Below, in pieces: positions 49,490 through 62,510 of a stretch of DNA of 64,000 nt. The translations under genes were made by a program, and so were the position numbers. The notes below the pieces were generated by a model, which saw nothing but the letters and a program-made list of their open reading frames with translations, was not told where the DNA came from and did no database searches. The first letter of the stretch is position 1. The number at the start of each line of letters is the position of its first letter. The DNA comes from Octopus sinensis (Eukaryota), in the NCBI RefSeq assembly GCF_006345805.1, contig NC_043000.1, forward strand, positions 139,686,001 through 139,750,000. The letters are read 5' to 3'.

Positions 49490-49886
49490 AAAACATACTA
49501 TATTCTGTTGTATCTGGGGAGAGTCATTTTCTTTTTGTGCCTTATAATGTAACACACTCACCAGTAAAATTTCCACTTGTTTCTTATTTTTATTTATAGA
49601 GTCAAGACTATTGGAAAGGTTGCAAGACGCAACGAAAATTTTAGGAAAATAAAAATAAGAAATAAGTAAAAATTTTACCAGTGAGTGTGTTACATTATAA
49701 GTCACAAAAAGAAAATGAGTCGCCCCAGACACAGAAGTGGCTGTGTGGTAAGTAGCTTGCTAACCAACCACATGGTTCCGGGTTCTGTCCCACTGCGTAG
49801 CATCTTGGGCAAATGTCTTCTGCTATAGCCCCGGGCCGACCAATGCCTTGTGAGTGGATTTGGTAGACAGAAACTGAAAGAAGCCT

Positions 49887-49933
<47 letters not shown>

Positions 49934-50150
49934 TTGTGTGTCTGTGTTTGTCCCCCTAGCATTGCTTGACAACCGATGCGGGTGTGTTTATGTCCCCGTC
50001 ACTTAGTGGTTCGGCAAAAGAGACTGATAGAATAAGTACTGGGCTTGCAAAGAATAAGTCTTGGTGTTGATTTGCTCGACTAAAGACGGTGATGCAGCAT
50101 GGCCACAGTCAAATGACTGAAACAAGTAAAAGAGTAAAGAGTATGTTTGT
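49490..50150. repeat. Short foldback (arms 49503-49594 / 49648-49736) whose right arm is interrupted by SINE A
   Basis: About 90 bp arms with roughly 10 differences; arm homology (AGTATGTTT) appears to resume after the SINE. Confidence 0.7.
49737..50142 (+). mobile_element. SINE A
   Basis: Family homology. Confidence 0.92.
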
Positions 50151-50789
50151 AAACGAAAACCAAACATGTTCAAGAAAGTTTTTGCATGTAAAGATTTCCA
50201 ATGATATTTAATTACTAATTAGTCAGGGCTCTATGGGAAAGAAAACGATACTGAAAACACTGACCCATTTCAAGATGGCTGATACACTGCAAAAACATTT
50301 AAAAATATAGCCTCACATTTTCTATATAGAATTTGTAGAAATTTTATGTGCATCTTTAGCATTTGTCTGAACAATTTTATCAATTGATTTATTAATCTAT
50401 AATAATAGGTTACAACTTAACAGAACTTTACAACAAGTAGGACTGAAGTAGATCCAGTGCCTTGAAAATGGGGGTAATTGTTGTTCATATCATTGCAATG
50501 AATTGAAGATAATATCCTAATTTATCCCTCAACTAGGATAATAATTGCTTTAACATCTAATAGATTCTTACTGAATTGGTCAAATGAGTTTCAACTATCT
50601 GAAATATTATAGTAATTATAATAATCTACATACAGCTCATGCTGCAGGACGTTACCAAAACTATATTTCAGTACTACTCACTGGTATCTTGTAATATTGA
50701 TACTACCAAGTATCATATAAGTATTTAATAAACCATAAATAACATAAGCAGTAGGATATTCAGGATATCAGCTGAATTCTTGTTGATAA

Positions 50790-51192
50790 TACTCTTTTAC
50801 TCTTTCTTTACTCTTTTACTTGTTTTCAGTTATTTGACTGTGGCCATGCTGGAGCACTGCCTTTAGTTGAGCAAATCGATCCCATGACTTATTCTTTGTA
50901 AGCCTAGTACTTATTCTATCAGTCTCTTTTGCTGAACCACTAAGTTACAGGGAACATAAACACACCAGCATTGGTTGTCAAGCGATGTTGGGAGAACAAA
51001 CACAGACACACAAACATACACATACATATATACGATGGGCTTCTTTCCGTTTCCATCTACCAAATCCACTCACAAGGCTTTGGTCAGCCTGAGGCTATAG
51101 TAGAAGACACTTGCCCAAGGCACCACACAGTGGGACTGAACCCAGAACCATGTGGTTGGTAAGCAAGCTACTTACCACACAGCCACTCCAGC
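50790..51192 (-). mobile_element. SINE A, full length
   Basis: Family homology. Confidence 0.92.
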
Positions 51193-51266
51193 ATTTTAAG
51201 TTTTAAGAAATCCTAACAGTGACCCCATTGTAAATTCTAGCAAGTGTTTTTGACGCTCCCAGTGAA

Positions 51267-51358
51267 TGTCTAATTACCTTGTACTATAGGTTCAATTCCT
51301 TGTACTATACCTTGTACTATAGGTTCAATGTCTAATTACCTTGTACTATAGGTTCAAT
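51267..51358. repeat. Local tandem duplications of CCTTGTACTATAGGTTCAAT
   Basis: Three full copies and one partial copy. Confidence 0.8.
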
Positions 51359-51518
51359 TTATATGGCACCAGCACTGGTGTATTTTACATAGCACATTGC
51401 TGATGGGGTCACCAAATATCTTGCAAAATAAAAAAAAATTCTCCAACTGGGAGGGGTGAGTATCACTTATAGGCACATGACATTGTGCTGTTTGAGAGAT
51501 GGAAGGTATAGATTGACA

Positions 51519-51990
51519 AAAGGCGGTGAGCTGGCAGAAATGTAAGCGCGCTGAGCGAAATGCTTAGTGGTATTTCGTGTGCCATTACGTTCTGAGTTCA
51601 AATTCCGCCGAGGTTGACTTTGCCTTTCATCCTTTTGGGGTCAATAAATAAAGTACCAGTTACGCACTGGGGTTGATGTAATCAACTTAATCCCTTTGTC
51701 TATCCTTGTTTGTCCCCTCTATGTCTAGCCCCTTGTGGGCAATAACAAAATATATTTTAAGGCGACGAACTGGCAGAAACGTTAGCATGCCGGGCGGAAT
51801 GCTTAGCAGTATTTCGTCTGTCTTTACGTTCTGAGTTCAAATTCCACCGAGGTTCACTTTGCCTTTCATCCTTTCGGGTTGATTACATAAGTGCCAGTTT
51901 CACACTGGGGTCGATATAATCAACTTAATCCGTTTGTCTGTCCTTGTTTGACCTCTCTGTGTTTAGCCCCTTGTGGGTAGTAAAGAAATA
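51519..51990 (+). mobile_element. Head-to-tail SINE B dimer inside one TSD
   Basis: GGTATAGATTGACA at 51505-51518 and 51991-52004 flanks both monomers. Confidence 0.88.
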
Positions 51991-52301
51991 GGTATAGATT
52001 GACATGGACAGGTGTCTTGCTGTAGATACATGGTTGCCCCAGTTGGAAAAGAAAGGAGAGTAAATGAGAGAGTAAGATAATGAGGGAGATAGCAAGAGAG
52101 TATATTATACGTTCAATTACATATATGAATATGTATGCATATATATATATATATATATATGAGAATCTAGAGGTACTCAAGAGATTTAAGCTTCGGCAGG
52201 TATAGAAGTAAATGTAAGGATAAGTAAATTAGACTGATCAATATATAAAATATATTAAATAGATTAAATACAATATATATATGTGTGTGTGAGTGTTTAC
52301 A

Positions 52302-53047
52302 TAAAAGGAATACATATGATAATATTTATGAGCATACCTAGCCATGAGCTGTCAACTCACACTTGTCCTTTATTCAAAATAGATACTGTCTTCTAGTCCT
52401 AGATTTAGAAGTTGATAAAGATATAAATGAATTAGAAATGCATTCTAACCCTATGACTCCACTATGCTCCATGCGATTCTTAGAAGTTGTAGTCTATTCT
52501 CAGCTACAATAGTGACAACATGAATTTTTTCCCCATCTTCTTGCTCTGTTAAAATATTCAAGAAAAATTATACAAATGTGTCCTACTTGTTAAAATTCCA
52601 TTTATTTATTTGTGAAACTGAAGATGTAATAAGCAACAGGATATCAAGTAATAATGCAGTACAACAATTTCGAGCGGATCCGTTTAATTGAACAATGTAA
52701 TCATTACATCAATTTAAATGCAGTGCCATCTTCAGATGCACAAATAAATAAATGGAATTTTAACAAGTAGGACAAATTTGTATAATTTTTATTAAATACT
52801 TTAACAGAGCAAGAAGATGGAAAAAAATCATGTTGTTGCTCTTGCAGCTAAGAATAGACTACAACTTCTAAGAATTGCATGGAGCATAGTGGAGTCACAG
52901 GGTTGTAATTCATTTCTAATTCACTTATCTCTTTATCAACTACTAAATCTAAGATTAGAAGACAGGCTATTTGGAATAAAGGACAAGAGTGAGTTGACAG
53001 CTCATGGCAAGGTATGGTCATAAATATTATCATATATATCCCTTTTA
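52302..53047. repeat. ~745 bp inverted duplication or foldback element (arms ~320 bp, spacer 52627-52726)
   Basis: 52302-52626 pairs with 52727-53047 with scattered mismatches; ends TAAAAGG...CCTTTTA. Confidence 0.85.
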
Positions 53048-53294
53048 CCCAGGAAGCAAATAAGACATTAGGAGTAGGCAGTTAGATAGCATGTATATCT
53101 TTCCAGTTATTCTATATGTAAATGCCTTGAACAGTCTTTACAGAAACCACTGAATAAGTAATTAAATACATGAAGGGATATTAAGCTGATTCTAAGTAAT
53201 CTTCCTTTTTAATGTTTATAATTGATATATTTACACCTTTTACCTATTTTGGTTATGATGCCATTTTTGAAATTATTAAATTTTATTTTTATAC

Positions 53295-53885
53295 AACATA
53301 ACAGATCGAGATCTCTGGAGTTGTGCTGTGACTACTAAGACCTGGGATGCTTCCGGCACCAGTTCCGCATAGCCCCTGCCCATTCAAAGTACCTTGGATC
53401 CCGGAACATCTCGCTGTGCTTGAGGAGACCTGTTGAGTCAAGTGCATGTACATGAACATTGAACCAAATATCAATGGAAACAGTAGTTGTGATACCTGTG
53501 CCGGTGGCACATAAAAAGCACCATCCGAACGTGGCCGTTGCCAGTGCCGCCTCGACTGGCTTCTGTGCCGGTGGCACATAAAAAGCACCATCCGAACGTG
53601 GCCTATGCCAGCACCGCCTCGACTGGCTTCTGTGCCGGTGGCACATAAAAAGCACCAACCAATCGTGGCCGATGCCAGACCCCTCTGGCACCTGTGCAGG
53701 TGGCACGTAAAAAGCACCCACTACACTCGCGGAGTGGTTGGCGTTAGGAAGGGCATCCAGCTGTAGAAACACTGCCAGATCAGACTGGAGCCTGAAGCAG
53801 CCCCTGGCTCCCCAGACCCCGGTCAAACCGTCCAACTCGTGCTAGCGCGGAAAACGAACGTTAAACGATGATGATGATGATGATA
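53295..53885 (+). mobile_element. RTEX 3' end with tandem 3' UTR repeats
   Basis: DRDLWSCAVTTKT ORF end, repeated GTGCCGGTGGCAC units and (GAT)n tail. Confidence 0.88.
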
Positions 53886-54000
53886 ACAATATGTAAAGAT
53901 TGCATTGTTCAATTAAATGTAGCCACTTGAAACAGTCGTACTGCTTTACTACTTGATATCCTGTTACTCATTTTGATTTTATTCACCTTACTTCGAGCAA

Positions 54001-54300
54001 AAGCTGTGTACTATTGTTGAGATCAGTTGCCAAACAGATGAGGATGTCTCTTCAAATATTGGGGAAAAGGAGAATCTCTATTTAGAACCAATGAGAAACA
54101 TTCAGCTTTTATATTCAGGATATTTATCTTAATTTGTTCCTATTAATATAGGTGCACTGGGCTATGTAACAAAAGATTTATGTAAAAATCCTAAAACTGT
54201 TTAGCTTCTCTGAAACAGAACAGACATTACTGATATGCATCTTCCAAATACAGTCAATGATGGGAACAGAGAAATTTTGTAAAATAATTCAAGGATACTA
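54001..54300 (+). mobile_element. Decayed C-terminal restriction-like endonuclease fragment of an RLE-type non-LTR element
   Basis: KLCTIVEISCQTD...EKENLY...FVPINIGALGYV, then FQIQSMMGTEKFCK after a frameshift. Confidence 0.6.
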
Positions 54301-54472
54301 CATTTCAAGTTCCTGGGTGAATATAGGCATGCAAGAACATAAACATGTGGAGTACATATACACTCACATGCATAAACAGTAATGAAATATGCATGCTTAT
54401 GTTCAAGCATATATACAGATAGACATAAATGGATATAAACAGACACTCATTCACTCACACAAATATGCACAC

Positions 54473-55115
54473 ATCATCATCATCATTGTTTAACATCCGC
54501 ATTCCATGCTAGCATGGGTTGGATGATTTGACTGAGAACTGGCGAACCAGATGGCTGCACCAGGCTCCAATCTGATCTGGCAGAGTTTTTACAGCTGGAT
54601 GCCCTTCCTAACGCCAACCACTCCAAGAGTGTAGTGGGTGCTTTTATGTGCTACCGGCACGAGGGCCAGTCAGGCGGTACTGACAACGGCCACACTCAAA
54701 TGGTGCTTTTTATGTGCCACCTGCACAGGTATGCATAAGTGGGCTGGTTATACCCCTGGCATAGGCCACAACATTATGGTCTCACTTGGCTTGCCTGGCC
54801 TTCTCAAGCGCAGTATATTTCCAAAGGCCTCGGTCACTAGTCATTGCCTTGGTGAGGCCTAATTTTCAAAGGTCGTGCTTCACCACTTCATCCCAGGTCT
54901 TCCTGGGTCTACTTCTACCACAGGTTCTCTCAACTGCTAGGGTGTGACACTTTTTGACACAGCTATCTTCATCCATTTTCGCCACATGACCATACCAGCA
55001 CAGTCATCTCTCTTGCACAATACATCTGATGCTTCTTAGGTCCAACTTTTCTCTCAAGGTACTTACACTCTGTCGAGTATGAACACTTACATTACACATC
55101 CATCGGAGCATACTG
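54473..55115 (-). mobile_element. 5'-truncated RTEX 3' region
   Basis: Homologous to 12381-13330 including the thumb-coding part. Confidence 0.88.
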
Positions 55116-55429
55116 GTTTCAATACATGCAAAAGGATTCTTTCAGTTTCCATTTTCCAAATTCACTCACAAGATTTTAATCAAACCAGGGCTACAGGGAC
55201 AGATACCTCCTAAATGTGTCCTGAAATGGAATTGAACCTGGATAGGAAAATATGATAGGAAAATGGACTTCATCATATAGTCATAATTAGAAAATTACTG
55301 ACCAGGGTCTCTACATGAATACTTGTTCTGAAATTCTCAAAACAAAATTGAGGAATAAAGCAGAATTCCTTTTCTGTGGAATTGTTTGAACAATGAATCA
55401 CCTGCTAGTTTACCTATTATTGGAATCCC

Positions 55430-55736
55430 GTGCTGAGGGCACGTAACAAACACCATCCGAGCGTGGCCGTCCGCCAGCCTCGTCTGGCACCTGTGTCGGT
55501 GACACATAAGAAAACACCATCCGAGCGTGGCCGTCAGCCAGCCTCGTCTGGCACCTGTGTCAGTGGCACATAAAATCACCCACTACACTCTCAGAGTGAT
55601 TGGCGTTAGGAAGGGCATCCAGCTGTAGAAACACTGCCAGATCTGACTGGCCTGGTGCAGCCTTCGGGCTTGCCAGACCCCAGTTGAACCGTCCAACCCA
55701 TGCTAGCATGGAAAGCGGACGTTAAACGATGATGAT
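55430..55736 (+). mobile_element. RTEX 3' UTR and tail
   Basis: Family homology with tandem UTR units. Confidence 0.88.
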
Positions 55737-56689
55737 CTGTTCTATAAATGACTTAAGAAATAATACAAAGGATGCTAAGAAAAATGTAAAAAGAGGTGGT
55801 AAGATTTGATATAAGCACCAAATAATGATAGAAGAAACAGTACACGTAGCAAGTAAAAGAAATATGAAGAACAAAAGGCCCTAACACATTTTCAAGATAT
55901 ACAAACTACAGTAGCTAAACTCAGGAATGTAAGCTAATTAGTATATTTCACAGCATCCTATCTATAGCTTGTATTATATTACACTGTGGTTCCTATGCAC
56001 AGTAAGTACTACGGCACTAAAAGTTGAATGTCATGGGAATAGACATAAGGAAATGCTAGTGACACCATATACATTGTCAGCTCTTTGGTTAGTTGCCTGA
56101 CAATCAATTTCCCTAGCCACCTGTACCACATTATCATACACCCATCAAAGCTCTAATATTTTAACATAAGGAATATATTTATTCTTGCAATATTAAAAAA
56201 AAATGCATTATTTAATTAAATACCTGTTAGGGATAAAAAGAAAATATACAATATCATATAAGATAGAATGTGCGAGCATTTGATATCAAATATGTTATCA
56301 TTTAACAACAAAAAATATAATGGACTTTTTAATGGAGTATAATGCAACAATCACAAATTTAAAGTTTTATATAAAATCACCAGAGAATCTGTGTCATTAA
56401 GATCTATAGATATTTCCTTATCAGGTGTTTTAAAATGGCTTTCAATTATTTTAGACAAATTTTTCATGTGATTATAAAAGTTGAAGTTTTACTGGAAGTT
56501 TTTTCTTCATTTAGGTTATTGATATTATTGCTTTCTTTCAGTTGAAATGGGGTGAATGTGCACATTGATAAGAAAAGGTTGACTGCCATAAACTATTTTT
56601 CTAGATTTTAAAAAATTTTCTGAATTATCATTCTGTTTACAAGTTTATATTTTTTGAACCAAGCTGAGTTGTAAACATAAAATAAATGC

Positions 56690-56860
56690 ATACATATACA
56701 CACGGTGTATATGTACTGTACATACATATACATACTGTACATACATATACATACTGTACACACATATACATACTGTACATACATATACATACTGTACATA
56801 CATATATATGTATTTGTATGTGGTGTATATGTTTGTACATACTGTACATACATATACAAA
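56690..56860. repeat. ~18 bp minisatellite (ATACTGTACATACATATAC-like)
   Basis: Direct; explains the overlapping low-complexity ORFs. Confidence 0.85.
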
Positions 56861-56869
56861 TGGTGTCTG

Positions 56870-57150
56870 CTTCATCTTCACAGCCGATTGTCATTTTCTT
56901 GTGCTTCTTTGTTGTCAGTGACGTTTCTGACTTTCCACCCATGACCTCTCAGATGATTATTCAGTCCTGTGGCAGTCCTGCATTGTTTGAAACATAGGAG
57001 ATAGCTGAAAGTTGTAACTTACTGAACATGTCACCACTCTTTCATTACCACACAACTTTCAGTAGATGGAATGACAAATAAGGTCACCATAAAGAGACAT
57101 CTACACATCATTGAGGGCCAATAAGAAGTATACTGTGACAACAGCTAAGG
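56870..57150 (-). mobile_element. Possible decayed RTE 3' end
   Basis: LLCFKQCRTATGLNNHLRGH resembles the terminal RTE C2H2-like finger. Confidence 0.3.
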
Positions 57151-57774
57151 GGTCACTCACTCGTAGTGGTTTTACTGTATGCTCTGTACCAACCGAGGGC
57201 ATTTCTGCATCCCCATGCTCAGAGGGACTGTCATCACATATGCTAATTAATCCATAACTAAATCTTTGACAGGTGCTACCACTCTGGGTCAGAATAGCCC
57301 TGAGAACAACAGTGGTCAAGAGGTGGTTCCACAATTTTCAAGACCCTGAAACTCCCCCTGAACCAGAGCCCTACACACACACACACACATACATAATTGA
57401 AACCAGAAATACTCACTATCTGATGACATTCCATATGAACATAAAAGTGCAAAGCTCACATATCTTAGCTAAGATCTGGAAGAGAAACACCCTACATACC
57501 ATAAAATGCTTATCCATTGTTATGTTTCCTGTAAACAAGTAAAAGACAACAATTTTAACATGAAGTGTAGCCTCCTCTAGACATGTGACATGACATCACA
57601 TCTCAAACACTATGCTTTTGCTATCCAAAAGCAGGAGATCGCTATTCAATATTTTATGAATAAATAAGACAGCAGAGCCCTTAAAATTCAAAGAATCACT
57701 CATAAGTGTTGATTATGTTCGTCTTCTGGGGAGGACACAACATATTTTATTAGTAGATGTTCAAAAATATCTGT

Positions 57775-57996
57775 TTTTTTACTACCCACAAGGGGCTAAA
57801 CACAGAGAGGACAAACAAGGATAGACAAACGGATTAAGTCGATTATATCGACCCCAGTGCATAACTGGTACTTACTTTGTCGACCCCGAAGGGATGAAAA
57901 GCAAAGTCGACCTCAGCGGAATTTGAACTCAGAACGTAACGGCAGACGAAATACAGCTACGCATTTCACCCGGCGTGCTAACATTTCAGCCAGCTC
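57775..57996 (-). mobile_element. SINE B
   Basis: Family homology. Confidence 0.9.
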
Positions 57997-58354
57997 AAAA
58001 ATATCATTAAAGAGCTATATTCTACTGCCACATGATGTTCTTGCTGAAACAAAATATAGTACCATCCAATCACACTAATAATTATTGGTGCAGTTCAGTT
58101 ATGCTTGTAAGTGTCTAAGTTACAATCTGAGAAAGGTAAGATTTTCAATCAAAGCTAAATAGGACAGCTAACATAAACATACAGATATAATCCATAACTG
58201 AAATAGTAATTATGTGCAAGATTTTCTGAAAGGTGTATATGCAACAATTATTATTGTTGTTATCCCAACTCCCATGTGAGAATTTTTATATCTTTGTTAG
58301 AAACTGGCTCTCTCAATCTGGAATGAATACCTAAAAGCAAAAATAAAAACAAGG

Positions 58355-58762
58355 TGTGTGGTAAGTAGCTTGCTTACCAACCACATGGTACCAGGTTCAG
58401 TCCCACGGCATGGCACCTTGGGTAAGTGTCTTCTACTATAGTCTCGGGCCGACCAAAGCCTTATGAGTGGATTTGGTAGACAGAAACTGTAAGAAGCCCG
58501 TCGTATATATGTATATATATATATGTGTGTGTATATATGTGTGTGTGTTTATGTGTGTCTGTGTTTGTCCCACCAACATCACTTGACAACTGATGCTGGT
58601 GTGTTTACGTCCCCGTAATTTAGCGTTTCAGCAAATGAGACCGATAGAATAAGTACTAGGCTTACAAAGAATAAGCTCTGGGGTTGATTTGCTTGACTAA
58701 AGGCGGTGCTCCAGCATGGCCACATTCACATGACTGAAACAAGTAAAAGAGTAAAAGAGAGT
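58355..58762 (+). mobile_element. SINE A
   Basis: Family homology. Confidence 0.9.
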
Positions 58763-59711
58763 ATACATAATACAGATGTAATTATTTACACACACACACA
58801 AACACAAACACATCCGTACAGAGTATCCTACTGTGTGATATTGTGGGCTCTGAAGAAGCTTGGAAGTAAATGAGTGCCTTGTAGAAGCTACACAATCCAT
58901 GTAAGATGAAAGTTAACCATGAGTATAGTGATGAATTTAGTGTACAGGTAAGTGTACATCATGAGTAAATATCTCCTACCAGAATTAAAGGCCATGTGTG
59001 TATAATATGGTTAGGCATTGTTCCTGTTCTTGAGGGCATGGACATTCTAGCTGAACATCACTATCTGGCCCTTGGTTGAGAGCAGAAGCATTCTCTTAAT
59101 TACAAGTATTTAGAATGCATCTTTAGTTTCAAAATAACTTCTTCCTTTAGCTTCCATTAGCTTCAAAGGCCCCACGAAAGGGTCATGCTGTTGCCATTTC
59201 ATTTCTGAAAACTTCATAACAGAGCTGGCACTTGCAATCAAGTATGACTTGGTAGTATATACCAAGCTTTCTCTCATTGTTTCAGATGCCTATAGGTATA
59301 GGAACCTTTTGTTTCCCCCAGGCCCTGAGCCAGCAGAATACTGAGGATGTAACAGGTAGCAGGAGAGAGAAGATATTAGCATTTAGCTGGTACTCATTTT
59401 CAGCTATGTAGACTGGTTCAATGATAAATGAAGTGACTTGCTCAAGAACATAAAGCACTATCCAGTCTAGGAACTGAATCCATGGCCTAATGACTACAAG
59501 CTCAGTGTCTCTAACCACTGCCACAGACTTTGATGTAACTACTAAAAGTATGTCAACATAGACAGTGAACATAGAACGATGATGATGACGATGACAATGA
59601 TGATGATGATGACGATGACAACAACAACTAATACATATCTGAAATAAGAAGAGAATCTCTATCAAATCGCTTGACCTACTAGATGTAGTAGCTAAATCTC
59701 TTTTAAATTAT

Positions 59712-59972
59712 AAAATAAAAATAAATGCGCCCTTTTAAAGCCAAGCCAGGCTCATGGGCCTGGTTTCTCAGTTTCAAGGCGTATGTGTTCCCCAGCTGGA
59801 TGGGACACTAGTCCATCGCAGTGTTACTCATTTTTGCCAGCTGAGTGGACTGGAGTAATGTGAAATGAAGTGTTTTGCTCAAGAACACAATGCTTTGCTC
59901 GGTCCAGGAATCGAAACCACAATCTTACGATCATGATGCTGACACCTTAACCACTAAGCCATGCATCTCCAC
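59712..59972 (-). mobile_element. SINE E with 12 bp TSD
   Basis: Reverse homolog of 46309-46572; CTTTTAAATTAT at 59700-59711 and 59973-59984. Confidence 0.9.
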
Positions 59973-60659
59973 CTTTTAAATTATGCCCAAACATTTTTTT
60001 AAAAGATGTCTAACACTGCCTTAGACAACGTAATATTATATTCATACTACCTAAAAAAATGTTGTAGTCGGAAATTCTTTTGGTCATAGGCTTGCATAGT
60101 CAAAGCAGAGCTGGGGGGGGGGGGCTAAAGAGCAACAGCAACAAAAGCAATAGCAACAACCAGCCACTCAACTATGATGTCAAATATTACCTCTGTCATG
60201 GTGGAAAAGTTGCACCGGGAAAATGAATTTTCAGCTTTATTTAGAGACAGGATGTAATGCTAATTGTAGCAGCTTAAACTCATTAACCTTGTTTCAACAG
60301 AAGTCTGGCACACAGACTACTCAACCAGTACATCACTCATAGTAAATAAACTAATCAAGTTAGTATTCATATTTGAATTCACATGGCTAATGTCAGTGAA
60401 ATTAACATGGCATTGTGCTGCATTGAAATAATTCATATATTGATTTCATATACATACCCTGCAAAATATTAGCATACAGTTCGTATTTTGTAGATGAGGT
60501 GTATAATTGAGTGAGTTGACTTGCAGCTTTCCTTGATTAATTGGGGTAATTGTAATGACACCGCAGAGATGGAGATTTTAATCAGCCCGAGCATCACTTG
60601 AACTCAGGACAATGCCATGTCAGTATAGATTCAGCAAGGCTTTTAGTCTTGTGATTTTA

Positions 60660-61208
60660 CTGCCTGTGGTAAGAAGCTTGCTTCCAAACCACATGGTTCT
60701 GGGTTCAATCCCATTGCATGGTACCTTGGGCAAGTGTCTTCTACTATAGCGTTGGGTGAAACCAAAACCTTGTGAGAGGATATATATATATATATATAGG
60801 GAGAGTTTATGAAAAAAAACAAAAGACTAAGCCAGGTGGTGTGCAAAACAAACAAATGTATTAGTATAATGCTCAGGAATAGAAAAAGTCTTTTACGTAT
60901 TGAGCCTACACTCTTTTACAGAAAGGGACACAGAAAAAACAAGGAGAGAAAAAAATGTATGTAGTGGCTAACAATCTATATATATATATATTTGTGTGTG
61001 TGTATCTGTGTTTGTACCCCCTCCCACCATTACTTGACAACCGATGCTGGTGTGTTAATGTCCCTGAAAATTAATGGTTCAGAAAAAGAGACCGTTAGAA
61101 TAAGTACTAGGTTTACAAAGAATAAATCCTAGGGTTGATTTGTTTGACTAAAGGTGGTGCTCCAGTATGGCTGCAGTTGAATGACTGAAACAAATAAAGA
61201 ATAAAAGA
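60660..61208 (+). mobile_element. SINE A with a ~180 bp insert (60799-60977) in its (TA)n
   Basis: Head, TA tract, foreign segment, TA tract, tail. Confidence 0.8.
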
Positions 61209-61319
61209 AAATGATTAATTGTTTTTGATGTAGTATAAGGCACCTCATATAGTAGAAAGTTGTAACAGAAATAATCAGCCCAAGTATATTTCCATTAGTA
61301 GATAAACTAATAATCCTTT

Positions 61320-61458
61320 CTAGTGGAAGCACAAGGTCTCAAAATTAGGGGTAAGTATTAAGTCGATTACGTCGATCCCAGTGTATAACTGGTACTTATT
61401 TAATCAACCCCAAAAGGATGAAAGGCAAAGTCAACCCTGGAGGAATTTGAACTCAGAA
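61320..61458 (-). mobile_element. Partial SINE B variant
   Basis: Family homology. Confidence 0.75.
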
Positions 61459-61514
61459 AATTCTTAGAAAAACAAAAGACGAAGGCAGGTGTATGGACAA
61501 CAAGCAGGTGTATT

Positions 61515-61548
61515 AGTTGATATTTATATATATATGTATATATATATA

Positions 61549-61622
<74 letters not shown>

Positions 61623-61647
61623 GGTATATATATATATCCATATATAT

Positions 61648-61738
<91 letters not shown>

Positions 61739-61755
61739 GGATATATGTATTATAT
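61515..61755. repeat. Long (TA)n microsatellite
   Basis: Direct. Confidence 0.95.
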
Positions 61756-61790
61756 AAGAGGACAAATCTGTTATAGCATATATAATCATA

Positions 61791-62510
61791 TCTATAAAAG
61801 GGAGAATGTGTGTGCGTGTGTGTGTTCGTGTGTGTACGTGATTGTAATTTATGTACGTCCACAAATTAGCACGCATGTTGCTCAAATTTTAGGAGGACAT
61901 TTGTCAACATCCTATCTGGGGTTTGTCAACTTATTTTTACCGCGAGGCACCTGTGGGTAGCGTAAATATCTATTTTCAGACATAGCTTTTAGACACAAAA
62001 AATATTAGCCTTAGCTTTTTTGCCAGCATCTAACAAAAAAAAAATAAGATAAAGAAAAGTGGAAGAAGGTGGAAGAGAGTTTCACGGGAAAGACAAAGTG
62101 AGAGAGGGAGAGAGAGAGAGAGAAAGTTATGACGTTCATAAAAAATAATATGTAAAATGTTTTGTATTTTGTTTTTGAAAGACACTATATTTTATAATCA
62201 TAGTATATATACTTTCTCACACAACAATTACAATATATTTATTTTAAATATAAATATATTGTAATTGTTATATAATATGCTATAATATAAATATATATTT
62301 ATATTATATTATATATATATAATATATATAATATATATATATATATAATATATATATATATATTATATATATATATAATATAATATAACTAATTTCAACG
62401 GATTTCGCCCAAATTTGACGTCTATATTACTTAGTTTGGTTTGAAATAAAGAACTTGATTAGCTTAATAATCGTAACTTAATCCCGGGCAAGGCCGGGTT
62501 ATACTGCTAG
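61791..62510 (+). mobile_element. Non-autonomous Helitron-type element
   Basis: A|TC start, hairpin CCCGG-GCAAGG-CCGGG at 62483-62498, CTAG|T end at 62510. The 5' boundary is less certain than the 3' end. Confidence 0.75.

Noticed and set aside
49648-49736. Third example of an inverted local copy at a SINE 5' junction
   Set aside because: Arm homology appears to continue after the SINE, so the foldback probably predates the insertion.
58873-59360. Possible exons near 58.9-59.4 kb on either strand
   Set aside because: Several mutually incompatible readings; none could be chained convincingly.
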